Position numbers and translations under genes: made by a program
DNA from: the human T2T-CHM13v2.0 reference genome, Homo sapiens
Assembly: GCF_009914755.1 (NCBI RefSeq)
Contig: NC_060938.1
DNA: 64,000 nt
Strand: one strand, 5' to 3'
Notes under the pieces: generated by a model
Told to the model about the DNA's origin: nothing
What the model saw: only the letters and a program-made list of their open reading frames with translations
The model's database searches: none
Part shown: positions 18,429 through 37,619 of the stretch, one piece after another
How positions within the stretch are numbered: the stretch's first letter is position 1
How the letters are laid out: every line of letters begins with the position of its first letter

Positions 18429-19991
18429 GCTCCTCTCCCTGATTGGCTCGAATCGGGCGGGTTCCGGCGTGGGTTTCAGCCCCTCTTCAGGCGGGTTTCT
18501 AGCCACATGCAAAGGTGCTTTCTGGCCCGGCTCTTTTCACCCGCCAATCATCCCCTTCAGCCAGTCATCACCGACTTCCTCCACGTTTTCCTTGTCCTCT
18601 CCGGCCGGCAGTGTAGCAGCAGCAACTCCCTACGTTGAAGTCGTCTCCCTCCGTCCCCGCCCTTACTTCCTTTTCCCTTAAGGACCTCGCGCGCGCTTCC
18701 ATATTCAGAGGGGCGCAGGCGCGGTAGCGCGGCCTCCCGAGCTGTTGTAAGCACCAGGTTGCGGTGGAACGTGCACCTTCAGTTGGGCTGCACGGAAAAG
18801 TGGTCTCCGCATAAACAGTTGCACTTGCCCCTAGGGAATGTTGGACCACAGGAGGGGACCTGAAGTACGATGTACAGGCCCTAATGGTCCCTCTGTATGG
18901 AAGCGAACACTTGCAGGGGAGGGGCCCAGCGGGATAGGCCGGGAACAAGGAGGCAGATCTCAGCCTGCCACACCTGAAGACAAGTACCTTGCAGCTGAGG
19001 AATGGGGCCCCAAGCAGAATTTTACTGTTGGCTGTGCCCCTGGCTCCTGTTCTGGGGCAACAGACTCCTTTATTTGACCAGAAAACATTTCTGCCAGCCT
19101 ACTTGTGGCTGCCTGAAACCCCATAATTCAGAAATCCAGGCCACGATTTCTTTCTAGTTTTGAGATAAAGAAAATTCGAGTTTAGTGAGGTGACAAGACT
19201 TGATCAAGGGTTGCAAGACTGATTAGTGACGGATGTTCAACAAGAACCAAGTTCTCCTTACAAGCCCATTGCTTTCTCCACTGTTAGTGTATTACCATTT
19301 TATTAGTGGAACTCCATGCTCTCCCCTATTTGCCATCTCCCAGTCCTGGTCCTAGAGTAGTAGTTGTTGTTGTTGTTTTGTTGTTGTTGTTGTTGTTTTG
19401 AGACAGAGTTTCACTCTTGTTGCCCAGCTGGAGTGCAATAGCACGATCTCGGCTCACGGCAACCTCCGCCTCCCAGGTTCAAGCGATTCTCCTGCCTCAG
19501 CTTCCCAGGTTGCTGAGATTTACAGGCATGCGCCACCACGCCTGGCTAATTTTGTATTTTTAGTAGAGACGGGGTTTCTCCATGTTGGTCAGGCTGGTCT
19601 CCAACTCCCGACCTCAGGTGATCTGCCCGCCTTGGCCTCCCAAAGTGCTGGGATTAACAGGCATGAGCCACCACGCCCAGCTCCTAGAGTTACTTTCTAG
19701 TTTGGCCTCAGAAAAATTCAGCACTCCAGTTGACCTCTCCCTGTCCAACCCCAAATGAGATCGAATGCTTAACTAATGGATCTGATTGCCATACTTAAGC
19801 CACCATTGTTCATTTGGGTAGTTTCCAGTTTCCGGCAATAATGAACAATGCCACCGTTAGTAATATTGTAAATGTCTTTGTATAGAATATGCACACATTT
19901 CTGGCCAGGCGAGGTAGCTCACGTCTGTAATCCCAGCACTTTGGGAGGCTGAGGCGGGCAGATCACCTGAGTTCGGGAGTTCGAGAAATCA

Positions 19992-20213
<222 letters not shown>

Positions 20214-20247
20214 TTAAAAAAGAATATGTACACATTTCTGTTATATA

Positions 20248-20783
20248 TGTTAAAAACAAGTAGTTTAGACAGTTCCTCTTCAAAGAGTTTCACTTTGTTA
20301 CAAACAAGGTATTCTTCTCCAAGAGGTCTTTACTTCCTTGTACTGTCTGTCCTGAAGTCTTATTTCTCTGTTCTTTGTCTACAGTAATCTTGCCTGCCAA
20401 TCTATCAGCCCCTCCCATCCTGCTGTGCTCAGGCAAGACAGCCAAGAAATCACCCCCTCCCTGCTGTAACAGCTTTCCCAGAAAAATTGATCTTCCCACC
20501 TTCCCACTTGAAAACCGCATTCCTGCACTTTTCAAGTTAGCCAACCAGGTTCAGCTTAGATCGTGTGGTCCAACTCCAGCCAATGGAGGCAAGACGCAGT
20601 AACAGGGACAAGCTGCATTAGAGATAATAAAACCCCCTGCTTTCCTTTGTTTGTGCGTCCTCTCGTGGCAACCAGACCTACGAGGGGCACCCTCCTGAAA
20701 GAGTAAATTTGCCTTGCTGAGAAAATTTATATTCGAGTGCTATTTTCTTTTATTTTGTGGCACTGAAAAATTTGCTTCTAACA
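20248..20783 (+). mobile_element. ERV1-class solo LTR, LTR10-like (subfamily uncertain)
   Basis: TGTTA...TAACA termini, near-TSD TATA/TGTA, 3' end AAATTTGCCTTGCTGAGAAAA...CTTCTAACA. Confidence 0.65.
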
Positions 20784-20847
20784 TGTATGTAGAAGTGGGA
20801 CTACGTCTTCATAAGGCATGCATGTATTCAATTTTAGTAGATGCTAA

Positions 20848-21369
20848 CTACAGCAAGCAAAATAATGGGTCCCCCAAAATATCCTTGTCCTAATCCCTGG
20901 AACCTATGAGTATATTAGGTTACATGGCAAAAGAGAATTAAGTTTACAGAGTTTGCCAAGAGGTGGCCTTAAAATAGGGAGAGCATTCTGGATTGTCCAG
21001 GTGGGCCCAACTTAATCACAAGCACCCTTAAAAATAGAGAAGAGGGAGGCAAGAGAAGGAGAATCAGAGAAATTGTAGAATCAGATAAAGAACCAGAGAA
21101 CAGTAGCTGTGAGAAAGACTGGATGGGCCTGATCAATTCCTACTAGTTTTAAAGATGGAGGAAGGAGGCAATGAGGCAAGAATGTGGGTAACCTCTAGAA
21201 GTTGGAAAAGGCAAACAAATGGATTTTCCCCTTTCCAGAAGGAACACACCCTGTTGACACTTTAATTTTAGCCCAATGGGACCTCTAGAACTGTAAGATA
21301 ATAAATTTGTACTGTTTTAGCCACAAAGTTTATGATAATTTGTTACAGCAGCAACAGAAAACTCGTACA
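20848..21369 (+). mobile_element. MLT1 (MaLR) LTR, MLT1D-like
   Basis: Typical motifs GTCCTAATCCCTGGAACCT, TTACATGGCAAAAG and ATAAATTTGT...TTTGTTACAGCAGCAACAGAAAAC. Confidence 0.75.
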
Positions 21370-22361
21370 CTGCCAGTCTTCCAAAGTAATTTTATCAATT
21401 TATATACTTAAGGAGCTTTGAAAAAAATATCCATACTTCAGCCTCATACCACAAACTGAACTGGAATCTCTGGATAGGCCTAGGAAAAAATAATTCCTTA
21501 ATTAGGTCATTTCATAGCATCTTGAAGGTTGAGAATCATTTATCTAAAGCCTTAAATCTAAATCCAATTCTTATCATTAAAGAAGAGTGTGGCAGTGATT
21601 TGGACACATGATTAAAAGCTTTTCTAGGAAACAGTGTTCCAGGTCCTTGAAGGATCTCCCCTGTTTGCTCAGAGTTAACACAGCTAACGTTTTGCACTGC
21701 CCCATGATTGAACAATCAGTTCCTACTAACACAATTCATAAAGGAGCATTAACACTAAGCCCTCTTTGTTTTTACAAGAGATTTTTCTTTAATATGCTCA
21801 GAAAGTGGCTCTTTCAGAAACTGGCCCACCTTAACACCTTGGCCTTCATGGAGAGCTTGGCTGTAGGAGCTGGTAGGGCCTCCATTTCCTGAGAGAAGGG
21901 TGTCCTGGAAGGAGGAGAGGGTCTGCCTGTTTCATGCCCAGGCTCCTGTGTGCTAAGGCTGCAGCAGGCAGATGACCCTTGGGCCGTGGCTCTGGGGAAA
22001 TTCTGAATAAGAAGGTGGTTCTTACAGCTTGAGCAGGCTGGGCTGCAAGTGGAGGCTCTGGTCAAGGTGTCCCTCACTTTTCCTCTTTTGCTAGGCTGGT
22101 GATATTATTGAGAGGAAGGATAAGCAAGTTTCTTACATTGCAGCCAGGGATCCTAGAATCTGGGGAAAGAGCCTCCTTCCCCAAGTTTGCAGCACAGCTT
22201 CTTTGGTAGCGATACCACTAACTACTGAAGTTCACTCGGCAACAAATTTATAAATCCTGAGAAGCCTTGGGCAGTTTCTATCACAAAGGTATGTCATCAA
22301 AAAGAATGAAGGGTGATGTAATGTTGAAGCTAGTATCCATGTACCTTCCTGACAGATGTCA

Positions 22362-22571
<210 letters not shown>

Positions 22572-22574
22572 TCA

Positions 22575-22820
<246 letters not shown>

Positions 22821-24432
22821 TCAAGATAATTATTTTGTTCCAAAATGGTACTTCTGTAAGGTCCAGTATAATCTCACCCCGCCCATGCTGAAGAGCTCTC
22901 TAAAACAGGCATCGAGTCCCACAGGCCTGTCCAGATTCTGACTTGTTCCCACAGAGGATATCTTGGGTACATCTAAAACTACCTCGGAAGGTGAGCAGTT
23001 TCCATTTTTATTTTAAATTTTAAATTTTATTCATTTATTATTTTTTGAGACAGAGTCTCACTCTGTCGCCCAGGCTGGAGTGCAGTGATCTTGGCTCACT
23101 GCAACCTCCACCTCAGCCTCCTGAGTAGCTGAGAATAGTTTCTTGAAAGTCACTAAGCTACAAACAACCATTACAGAAATCAAGATATGTTATTAGTTTG
23201 GGTCACCCAGGTATTATGTACAAAGAATTGGTACTAGAAATTTAGTCTTATTAAACATTATTAAATGTAATATATTCTACTTTCAAACAATATTTTTAAG
23301 CTAGAAAAATGGTCTCTTCTATTACAATAACTCTATTTAAAATTTCCTTTGCATTTAAATTTTTTCTTGCTTTTACACTTTTATAGAGTAAACTTAATTT
23401 TATTGCTGCTTATTTTGTTATTTTTCATCCATAAGGTAATTACGTTTTGGACTTCTGATTTGCTGAATGATAATACCAGTCCCCTAAAAACACATTTTTC
23501 TACCCATCCTCCAAAAACCATAGTGATCAACACGGAGATCAAATAAAAACTACCTATAAATCATGCCTAAAGCAAAACTAGAGAATACCACAAACTTCAA
23601 TTTGCATGTTAGTGGGGAAATAAATATTCTAAACCAGCAGAGGCAGCTACAGAGGAAGGTGCAGCTAATTTTCACTGGTGTAGAACACAGACAACCTTAC
23701 CCCCAGAAACAAGACAGATCATAAATGGTGAAATACCAAGAACAAATCTGAGATCTGGTGGATCAGAACACTGACAAATGAAGGAAAAGCAAGGGTCTTG
23801 GAAGCACATGAGACCAAAAATGGCAGTTGTAGAGGGCAAGGTTTCTGAGGGGAGAGGGAGGTAGTTGTGTTCCTTGGAGGCTTGGTAATAAAGGAAAAGA
23901 AAAAAGCAAACAGTGGAAATTAATATGTTTATACAAATGAGACAGTATTACAGAATCAGACATCATATAAACCCTCACTCCCAAAAAGGCTTGATCTAGT
24001 AAACTTTAGAAACTGCACTCACTGTGCCAACAGAAGAGGGTAGTATTGAGCTAAGGAACCTAGTGAGTAAGCCCTGCCTCCAGCTACCCTAAAGTAGAAA
24101 CATCTGAAGACCAGAGCAATTCAAGGAATTTGAAAGTGAATACAGACAAATGGCAAATTATATTCACATAAAATTACTTTAAGAAGAAAATAGAAAGACA
24201 CTATCATCTAAACTGTTCAGGCGATGAAAAAAAAAATACTCCCAAAAGACAGCCATGGGCCGGGCATGGTGGCTCACACGTGTAATCCCAACACTTTGGG
24301 AGGCCAAGGAAGTTGGATCACCTGAGGTCAGGAGTTCAAGACCAGCCTGGCCAACATGGTGAAACCCCATCTCTACTAAAAATACAAAAATTAGCCGGGC
24401 ATGGTAGCACTGCCTGTAATCCCAGCTACTCA

Positions 24433-24537
<105 letters not shown>

Positions 24538-25886
24538 TCAAAAAAAAAAAAACAAAAAACAAAAAAAAAAACACAGCCGTGAAACACAGGACAAATATTT
24601 GACACAACACCCCTGAAAAAAATTAAATATCAATTTTTAAAGGATTTGCAAAAATGGGGGGAAAAACTTTATTTTGAATCAGAAATGTAATAATTCAGAA
24701 TAGTCCAAGATATCTAGATGTGAGAGTTGAACTCAGGCAAGAAAACACTAAATCATCTAAAAAGTGAAGAGTGAACTACAAGGTGACCAAAGGAAAACAG
24801 ATTTGACTGAAAATAAAATAAGGGACTAGACACGGTGGCTCACACCTGTAATCCCAGCACTTTGGGAAGCCAAGGCAGGAGAATTGCTTGAGCCCAGGAG
24901 TTTGAGACCAGCCTGGGCAACATGGTGAAACCCTGTCTCTACAAAACATACAAAAATTAGGTGTGGTGGTGGCACGCCTATAGCCCCAGCTACTCGGAAG
25001 GCTGCAGTGAGAGGACTGCTTTAGCTCAGGAGGTCGAGGCTGCAGTGAGCCATGAGCATGCTACTGCACTCCAGCCTGGGCAACAGAGTGAGACTCTGTC
25101 TCAAAAAATAAAAGAGAGGAATAGAAACAATCAAGAAAGTGAACACACAGAAGTTAAAGAGAGAAAAAAGTGAAAATGCTAATATCATGACTTTATGTTT
25201 TAAGCATATCTTAAGGTATAAGTTTCATAAGCAACTAATATATGGAGAAGTGACATATAATTTAAAAATTGCCCCAGATGATCAGTTGGCCTTTAAAAAA
25301 TTCTCTCGAAATATTTGCTTTATAAGTATAGTGAAAATCTAAGCAAGTTAAGAAGCACTACTATATTCTCCTAGACAGTGACACAGAAAGTGACACACAT
25401 GGTTTCCCCTGAGCTTCACATGATGACACATGATGTCATAGAACTCTACACTCCTGGTCACTTGTTAGAGTATATAAAATAATCATATATCCCATCCCTA
25501 GCCACTGTGGGTTTAGCAGGGATAAGCACTTGACCTAAACTGGGTCAATAAGACCTTTTCTTGGGATTCTCTCTCCTGTCACAGAAACTCCATATAAATC
25601 TCCATGGTTGCCAGTGATCATGTTTCCTGTCATGGAGAAAACCAACCAGCAGTCAGACAGATGAGCTGACACATAGATGCCAAGAAGTGACCATGAGAAA
25701 GGGCTTGTAGGTTCCAGGTGCTGATCCTGGGGCCCAGGTGTATCTCCGCCCACCTGGAGGTTAGGTTGTTTAACTCATGATTCCATAAGCCAATATTCCC
25801 TTTTGTCAAGTTAGTTACAGTCTAAGTAGGCGTGGGTGTTTATCACTTCAACTAAATTAATTTTAATTTTACTATTTTGAAAAAAC

Positions 25887-26132
25887 CTCTTGTTCTTGTC
25901 CTGATACTTCTTCAGGTGCGCTCTTTGCTGTTGGGGGCTCAGAAGTGACAGCATCTAACATCTGCTGGGTCTTCTCTTTGTCTGATCTTGCCTTTTGCTC
26001 TGCAGAGTCTAATGTAGTTTTCAAGTTTTCTGTTTTCACAACTGCCTTCTCTTTCATCGTTTCAACATTTGCCTTCTCTTTCATCCTTTCAACATTTGCT
26101 AAAGATTGCCTGAGCTCTTCAATTGTTTTGTC
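25887..26132 (-). pseudogene. TEX21P: TEX21P exon (DKTIEELRQSLANVERMKEK...DAVTSEPPTAKSAPEEVSGQEQE), open for 82 codons
   Basis: TGTCACAG| acceptor in phase with the 27227 donor. Resembles recalled CCDC170 KAIEDLNKSRDQLEKMKEKAEKK...VVTSEMKTLKKSLEE. Weak donor GAG|GTTTTT; read-through gives VFSK* at 25872. Confidence 0.85.
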
Positions 26133-26605
26133 CTGTGACAGCATATAAGATGGGGGAAAGGAAGGAAATAACTAGGATTAGATCTCTTCTAAATAACAGT
26201 TATGATAACTCTTGCTTCTTTTCCTTTTCTTTCTTTTTTTATGAAGACAGAGATATATGGAAAAGAAAAACATTCCAAAATTTCTGAATTAAGAGGACAT
26301 TTCTCCATGATCGTGCTCATCAATAACTATTACTTAGCACTTTTATTAACTGGCCACTTGGGATTTAAAGAGTCTTAACATGTTTTCTGCATCCTCAAAG
26401 GTCTTAAAGCCCTACATTAATCAAATACAGAAATACAGAAGATAATTGGCATTTCAGTAAGAGAAATATTGCTGATAAACTGGCATATCAGTTGATCAGT
26501 TATTTAGTGCCTGTTTGGCTTAAGGCATAATTTTTGAAATAGTATAACTGAAGTTTGATATGGAGAAGGTCCAAAGAAGAGTCCCCAAAATGACTACAAC
26601 TTTTA

Positions 26606-27025
<420 letters not shown>

Positions 27026-27226
27026 TCAATTGTATTGGTAATATTTGTTTCTTAAAATGAGTGGTGAATTCCAATTTTATTCTATATGCTTAAATATATA
27101 TTCTTTTGTATGTATGTAAAATAATTTTAATATTAATTTTTTTAGCTTCAATGAAAAGCATGCTGCTAAAATGGTAAAAGACCAAAGCTTTAGTGAATTT
27201 CTGAAAGCCTCACTTCCTTTACTTAC

Positions 27227-27459
27227 TTTAAGGACATTTACTCTTGTCAGCTGAGTTTTCATATTTTTATTTGACAATTTCAAATCACTGAGCTGTCTCT
27301 GAAGTTTCTGAATTTTCTCCTCCAATCTTTGCGTAGTAGCAATCTGCAAATTCTGCCAAATATTCAATAACATTTGTTTTGTTGCATGTTGTCTTTCTCT
27401 AGCTTTTTGAACTTCTTGCTATGCTTGTCTATCTGGGAATGCTTAGTCCCTGAGTTTTC
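27227..27459 (-). pseudogene. TEX21P: TEX21P exon (ENSGTKHSQIDKHSKKFKKLEKDN / MLLNIWQNLQIATTQRLEEKIQKLQRQLSDLKLSNKNMKTQLTRVNVLK)
   Basis: TTTCTGCAAAG| acceptor and AAA|GTAAGT donor. Heptad coiled-coil pattern (ORF track 27077..27373), one frameshift. Confidence 0.85.
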
Positions 27460-27798
27460 CTTTGCAGAAATCAACAGTATTGAAGTAAAAAATTGTGCTT
27501 TAAGATGTTATTATACACTAGCATAATACCACATCCACTCCAGACTAACACACTGCAGGCTTAACAATACTTCCATAAGTAAAATATTTTTCACCATAAA
27601 TAAGCATTATTAAAATAATCAAGAAAATAAAATATGACAATAAAAGTGATGACTCAGGACTACCAAGAGTACAATGAAATAGATTTTATAAGCACCAAGC
27701 AGTAGCATAGATTAGTTCAACTTTTCTAGGAATGTATTATAAAGAAATAATCAAATATGTGGATAAAGATTCACACACGGGCCGGGCACTGTGGCTCA

Positions 27799-28091
<293 letters not shown>

Positions 28092-28370
28092 TTATTTTAT
28101 TTTATTTTTTAAGTTAGGGTCTTGCTCTGTCGCCCATGCTGGAATGCAGTGGCGTTATCACAGCTCACTGAAGGCTTGACCTCCCAGGCTCAAGTGATCC
28201 TCCCATCTCAACATCTGGAGTAGCTGGGACTACAGGGTGTGCACACCCGGGCTTTTTTTTTTTTTTTTTTTTTTTTTTTTTCCCTCAATCTCCTGGGCTC
28301 AAGTGATCCTCCTGCGTTGCTCATCCAAGGTGCTGGTATTACAAGGGTGAGCCACTGCACCCGGCCATAA

Positions 28371-28811
<441 letters not shown>

Positions 28812-30280
28812 TAACAATGATGTAGTTAATGAAAAAAGCAGGATTAAGAAAAACTATGTACATCTCAATGATGATAAAAATATACATGGAAAATAATCAG
28901 AGGGAAATATACCTATATTTAATACTAGTTATCGCAAAATGGTGGGATTACTGGTGATTTCAATTTTATTTCTATTATTTTCTACTTTACAAATCTTCAC
29001 TAATACACATGATTTTTTAATTTTTTGAGACAGGGTCTCACCCTGCCGCTCAGGCTGGAGTGCAGTGGTGCAATCACAGCACACTGCAGCCTCGACCTCC
29101 CGTGCTCAACCCATCCTCCCACCTAAGCCTCCCCAGTAACTGGGACTACAAGTGTGCACCATGCCTGGCTAGTTCTTAAATTTTTTGTAGAGATGGGGTG
29201 TTGCCATGTTGTCCAGGCTGATCTCAAATTCCTGGGTTCCAGCTATCCACCCACCTCAGCCTCCCTAAGTGCTGGAATTACGGACATGAGCCACTATGCC
29301 CAGCTGAATTAATTTTATTATGAGAAAAAAATTAGTTATAAAATGTTATTACAAAAAAGTTATGGTAAATGTTTTAATCCATTACAAGAAATAACATATT
29401 AAGGAACAAGAATCAGAATGGCATATTTTCCTCAATAACAACCCTAGAGATTAGAAGACAATGAAGTCCGTGTGTGAAAATAAAGTCTAAACCCAGCTAT
29501 CAATTGAGTATGATGATTCAAACAAAAAAAGACATTGTCATTCACACAAGGACCTCAAAAAATGTCGCTCTCCAAGGCACCATTTCTTAGGAAGCCATTG
29601 GAGGATGTGTTCCAGTAAAATAAGAAAGGAAACCAAAAAAGAGGAAGAAATGTGATTCGGCAAACAATGAAACCTAACCAGGAGATTAGAGAAGGAAAGT
29701 CATGGCATCATGGCTGTGCTCAGGCCCACAGAGTAAAATCCAGACTGAAGCAAGGGAATGAAGGACTTTGGGAGAGAAAAAATGGGAGATTTTTAAAGAC
29801 TAAAGGATCATCTGATACAGATTTAGGCAGGAAAAAAACCTTGATAAATGAACACTGAAAATTAAACGTATGAAAATATAAGGAAGGTATTAACTGTAGG
29901 AAAAATAAAATGCAATACAAGAAAGAAAATGTACCAAGAATATAGTACTTCATGCTTTTGTAAACATTTAGTATCACGGTAAAGTAAATGCTGATTATGC
30001 ATTTAGCTTAAAATATCAATATAACCAGATTGGGAAGATGAAAGGAGCAGGTAGGAAAGTGGTATGAGAGATGAAATTTCATCTATCATATAACAGGAAA
30101 TCAACAACATGTCTAATATAGATAACTCGAGATAAGGCAGTTTAAAATTGTTTAGGAAAATGGAAGTTACTATCAGAAACAGCTAAAAGAGTTAAAGAGT
30201 TCCCTCTGGGAAATAAGAGAGGTACAGAAGAGGGCTGCTCCTTTTCAATAAAAGACTCTTGGTATATTTGATTTTGAAAA

Positions 30281-30306
30281 GTGTGTGTGTGTGTGTGTGT
30301 GTGTGT
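30281..30306. repeat. (GT)n microsatellite
   Basis: Direct reading. Confidence 0.95.
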
Positions 30307-30391
30307 ATAAAGGGTTAAAAAAATTCTAGGCTGGGTGCGGTGGCTCACGCCTGTAATCCCAGCACTTTGGGAGGTCGAGGCATGGGGATCA

Positions 30392-30649
<258 letters not shown>

Positions 30650-30933
30650 TCAGCCAAAAAATGGAAATCAACACTAAAATTACAAAAATACATAGAACAC
30701 AGTGAAAAGAAACATTTCTTATAAAAATCTATTGGACAAGCTACAGAGGAACATTCAATAGTACTTACTCTTTTTCTGATTTAAAAACAAAAGACAAAAA
30801 AAGCACATTTACTTAAGAAGGGAAAAGAGAAAGTAGGGTGCAGATTTAATAAACATACTATATATATTCATTACATATAAACCAAAATAAACTAATAAAA
30901 TGTGTATTTATTTATTTATTTATTTATTTTTGA

Positions 30934-31191
<258 letters not shown>

Positions 31192-32164
31192 TGAGCCAGC
31201 GTGCCAGGCCATAAAACGTATATTTTAAAAAAAGAACTGGCCAGGCACGGTGAATCATGCCTGTAATACTAGCACTTTGGGAGGCCGAGGCGGGAGAATC
31301 ACTTGAGCTCAGCAGTTTGAGACCAGCCTGGGCAACATGGCGAAACCTCATCTCTACAAAAACTTCAAAAAGCTAGCCAGGCGTGGAGGCGTGCACCTAT
31401 AGTTCCAGCTATCTGGGAGGCTGAGGCAGGAGGATCACTGGAGCCCTGAAGGTTGAGGCTTCAGTGAGCCATAATCATGCCACTGCACTCCAGCCTGGAC
31501 AATAGACAGAGCCAGACCCTGTCTCAAAAAGAACCACTGGTTCTTTGGAAAGATAAAATAGATGCCTCAGGCAAGCCTGGTTAAAAAGGAAAGAGAGAAA
31601 GTGAAAATACACAATATTAGAAAGGAGGAATATACAGAATATATAGATATGCATACAGAATGGATACAGAATGCAAAGATAAAAATAATTCTAAGAGAAC
31701 ATTTTGCAACTTAGGGGCAGTAAATTGAAAATCTAAAAGAAATAAAGGCTGTAATTCCAGTACTTTGGGAGGCAGAGATGGGCGGATCATTTGAGCCACA
31801 AGGAGTTCAAGACCAGCCTGAGCAACATGGAAAGACCCCATTTCTACAAAAATTAGCTGGGCATAGTGGTGTGCACCTGTGGTCCCAGCTACTCGGGAGT
31901 CTGAGGCAAGAGGAGCACTTGAGCCTTAGGAGGTTGAGGCTACAGTGAATCGTGATGGTAACACCACATTCCAGCCTGGGAGGCAGAGCAAGACTGTCTC
32001 AAAAAAAAAAAAAAAAAGACAGTTCTCCCATGAGCTGGTCCAAACTGTTCCACCTTTAGAATCAAATTATTTATAAAATAAATAAGTGAAATTTTAAAAA
32101 TACATTATTTCCTAGGAAACAATTTGACAATATACAGTGAAATCCAGAAAACCCAAGAACTCTA

Positions 32165-32460
<296 letters not shown>

Positions 32461-32533
32461 TCAAAAAAGAAAAGAAAAGAAAACTGAATGCTCAATAAAT
32501 ATTGGATAAACAAATGAATGAGCCAAAAGACTA

Positions 32534-33183
<650 letters not shown>

Positions 33184-33632
33184 TGATCCGCCTGTCTCAG
33201 CCTCCCAAAATGCTAGGATTATAGGTGTGAGCCACTGTGCCCGGCTATGATAGGCAATTCTATGAAGAGGTAGTAAAATAGAGAATCTCCTGAAAATAAA
33301 TTGTATTGCAACCTACCTATTTCTATCCAACTTTTAGGACTGCCTTTTTCCTTACAGATTCAGGGAAGCAGAGAGTAGAGAAGAGAATGACTTATACAGT
33401 GATTATTGAGAGACATCATCAATGGCCCCTCATCAATGCTCATTATATCTGCCTGTCACAATTCCTAAAATTTCCCCATTAGAGAGTTATTCCTTTGGCC
33501 GGGCACAGTGGCTCACACATGTAATCCCAGCACTTTGGAAGGCCAAGGCAGGCAGATCACCTGCAGTCAGGAGTTTGAGACCAGACTGGCCAACATGGTG
33601 AAACCTTGTCTCTACTAAAAATACAAAAGTTA

Positions 33633-34009
<377 letters not shown>

Positions 34010-34012
34010 TCA

Positions 34013-34351
<339 letters not shown>

Positions 34352-34420
34352 TTAAAGTTATGAATAAAATGCAATCATTTTCATTATCAAAGGAATGCTT
34401 ATACTTCAGGAAATTCTTAC

Positions 34421-35115
<695 letters not shown>

Positions 35116-35285
35116 TAAAAAATAAATAGAAAGCTTCGATATATAAAAATAAGACATTTTAGTCAGTACTGAGAAATAAGGCTGTATAATGAATTTTAAA
35201 AAAGCAGAGTATTTTTAAAAATGGGGAACTCTAAACAGGCTACTGTGTAGCAGGTTTCACTAACACACTGAATCTAAGCCATATA

Positions 35286-36301
<1,016 letters not shown>

Positions 36302-36879
36302 TACCTATTATCATTTGAATTTTAAAGTGAGGAGTCATGAATATACTAAAATGATCTGGACATAAATGAGATATATCCACTTAAACATGCTGATTCAATC
36401 ATTTGATAGACTTGACCAGTAAATTAAAACAAACTGGCAATTAATTTTAGGTTATCATGTAAACACTATCTTTAACATACCACTATTTTGATATTTATTG
36501 AACTTACACTAAACTAAGCATTTATCATGTATTAACCCATTTGGTCCTTGCAACCACTCTGTGAGGTGGGAACTACACACCGTCCCCTACTTCACAAATG
36601 AAAATGAGGCACAGAGAGGATAAGTAGTCTGCCCAAGAGCACACACAGCTGGCAAATGGCAGAGCTAGGCTTCATGCTGGGGCTCTGCACTCTTAATAAA
36701 CATGCTACACTACTTCCAATATAATAATGAACAGCCTCTTCTCTTCTTTCACTGTAATAGTAAAACTAGAATTATAACTATAATTCAGAGCCACAGAGTT
36801 TCCTAAATTGACGGATATTAAAATCTACATCATAAAAGAATCAAACTGGAAAGAATAACTTTTATATCTATATACTTAC

Positions 36880-37203
36880 AGATTTCCAAGATTTCTCATT
36901 TGCACCAATTTCCCAAATCCTCTCTCTCACAGCCTCCTCTGTGGCTGGTAAGGAGACAATACTGTCATGCAGAAGAATGCTGTCCCGCAATAACCAACTG
37001 ACCAAGGAAATTCTGATGTTGGGACTGCAGTTTTATTTTCCCAGTTGAATGAATATGGACGTCTGTCTAACTCGATGCTTGCTTTTCTTTAGGGTTCAAA
37101 TCTTGTTGACATTTATCCCAAATTTTCTGCTCATTTTTTGGTCCTTCAGAGTGAATAGTATTGTCCTGTCAAAGTTCTTGTCCAGGATAGCTTCACTCTT
37201 ACC
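36880..37203 (-). pseudogene. TEX21P: TEX21P exon (...QKIWDKCQQDL...QSQHQNFLGQL...LLHDSIVSLPATEEAVRERIWEIGANEKSWKS)
   Basis: TATTTAG| acceptor and TCT|GTAAGT donor. Frameshifted blocks resemble recalled CCDC170 QQVWDASKQEV, QSQYFSFREKI and STEDTILEKIREMDSREES. Confidence 0.8.
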
Positions 37204-37337
37204 CTAAATAAGCCAATATACAGGTTAAACTTCCCGTTTGAAATTTAATACTGAGACATCTATTTCCCTTCTTTTGAAATATCAAGTCATAGCACAAAAC
37301 TTCAGGAGAAAAGACCCTCAATGGAATGAGTTAGTCA

Positions 37338-37619
<282 letters not shown>

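Larger units (their letters stand above)
17600..18900 (-). promoter_or_regulatory. ESR2: CpG island, ESR2 distal promoter 0K
   Basis: Only CpG-rich non-repeat stretch in the window. It has many CCGCCC GC boxes (18320-18430), ATTGG (CCAAT on minus) at 18442-18446 and CCAAT on plus at 18544-18548. The downstream minus-strand sequence matches my recollection of the ERbeta 0K 5'UTR. Confidence 0.85.
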
